Notes under the pieces: generated by a model
What the model was told of the DNA's origin: nothing
Database searches by the model: none
Seen by the model: only the letters and a program-made list of their open reading frames with translations
Position numbers and translations under genes: made by a program
In this document: positions 63,483 to 64,000 of the stretch, piece by piece
Layout of the letters: every line of letters starts with the position of its first letter
How positions within the stretch are numbered: position 1 is the stretch's first letter
Origin: Leucoraja erinacea
Taxonomy: Eukaryota
Length of the DNA stretch: 64,000 nucleotides
Assembly: GCF_028641065.1 (NCBI RefSeq)
Contig: NC_073389.1
Location: 12,338,001-12,402,000 of the forward strand
Direction: 5' to 3'

Positions 63483-64000
63483 GGAACTGCAGATGCTGGA
63501 GAATCGAAGGTTACACAAAAAAGCTGGAGAAACTCAGCGGGTGCAGCAGCATCTATGGAGCGAAGGAAATAGACAACGTTTCGGGCCGAAACCCTTCTTC
63601 AGACTGATCGGGGGCGGGGGTGGGTGGGGACAAGAAAGGGAAAAGGAGGAGTAGCCAGAAGGCTGGGGGATGGGAGGAGACAGCAGGGGGGCTGAGGAAG
63701 GGGAGGAGACAGCAAGGACTAACAAAATTGGGAGAATTCGATGTTCATAACAAAATTGGGAGAATTGGTTGAACATCGAATTCTCCCAATTTTGTTAGTC
63801 CTTGCTGTCTCCTCCCCTTCCTCAGCCCCCCTGCTGTCTCCTCCCATCCCCCAGCCTTCTGGCTACTCCTTTTCCCTTTCTTGTCCCCACCCACCCCCGC
63901 CCCCGATCAGTCTGAAGAAGGGTTTCGGCCCGAAACGTTGCCTATTTCCTTCGCTCCATAGATGCTGCTGCACCCGCTGAGTTTCTCCAGCTTTTTTATG
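63483..64000. mobile_element. Young inverted Penelope pLTR pair (foldback), running off the window end
   Basis: 63514-63747 is a near-perfect reverse complement of 63770-64000; same family as 11376-11615. Confidence 0.92.
63912..63939 (+). ncRNA. Minimal hammerhead ribozyme motif in the Penelope pLTR (mirror copy at 63575-63602, minus strand)
   Basis: CUGAAGA-A-GGGU-UUCG-GCCC-GAAAC-GUU: conserved core boxes, a 4-bp stem II and a palindromic ACGU stem III. Confidence 0.65.

Overview
Vertebrate genomic DNA, very likely a cartilaginous fish such as a skate or ray, judging by HE1-type SINEs and CR1/Penelope/Rex-Babar content. The only host gene is TIAM1 on the minus strand. Its last 11 coding exons (DH domain, second PH domain, C-terminus) lie between 61792 and the stop at 29780, all GT-AG and phase-consistent, followed by a probable 3'UTR and poly(A) signal near 29045. 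The rest is largely transposon-derived: CR1, L2 and Rex1/Babar LINEs, Penelope elements with minimal hammerhead-ribozyme motifs, tRNA-derived SINEs, and hAT, Tc1/mariner and Harbinger MITEs. The most notable observation is apparent host-exon capture by non-autonomous DNA transposons. A 553-bp hAT element carries a CYB561D1/D2-like first coding exon with its splice donor, and a mariner-type element carries two ATG...GTGAG cassettes. Other oddities include palindromic hammerhead-bearing Penelope mini-elements, a long foldback with possible P-like transposase residue, a decayed 54-bp psi-KxE repeat array, a fossil Harbinger transposase and a Rex1 copy mosaic with its own flank. Repeat boundaries are approximate, and all homology calls come from recalled protein motifs rather than database searches.
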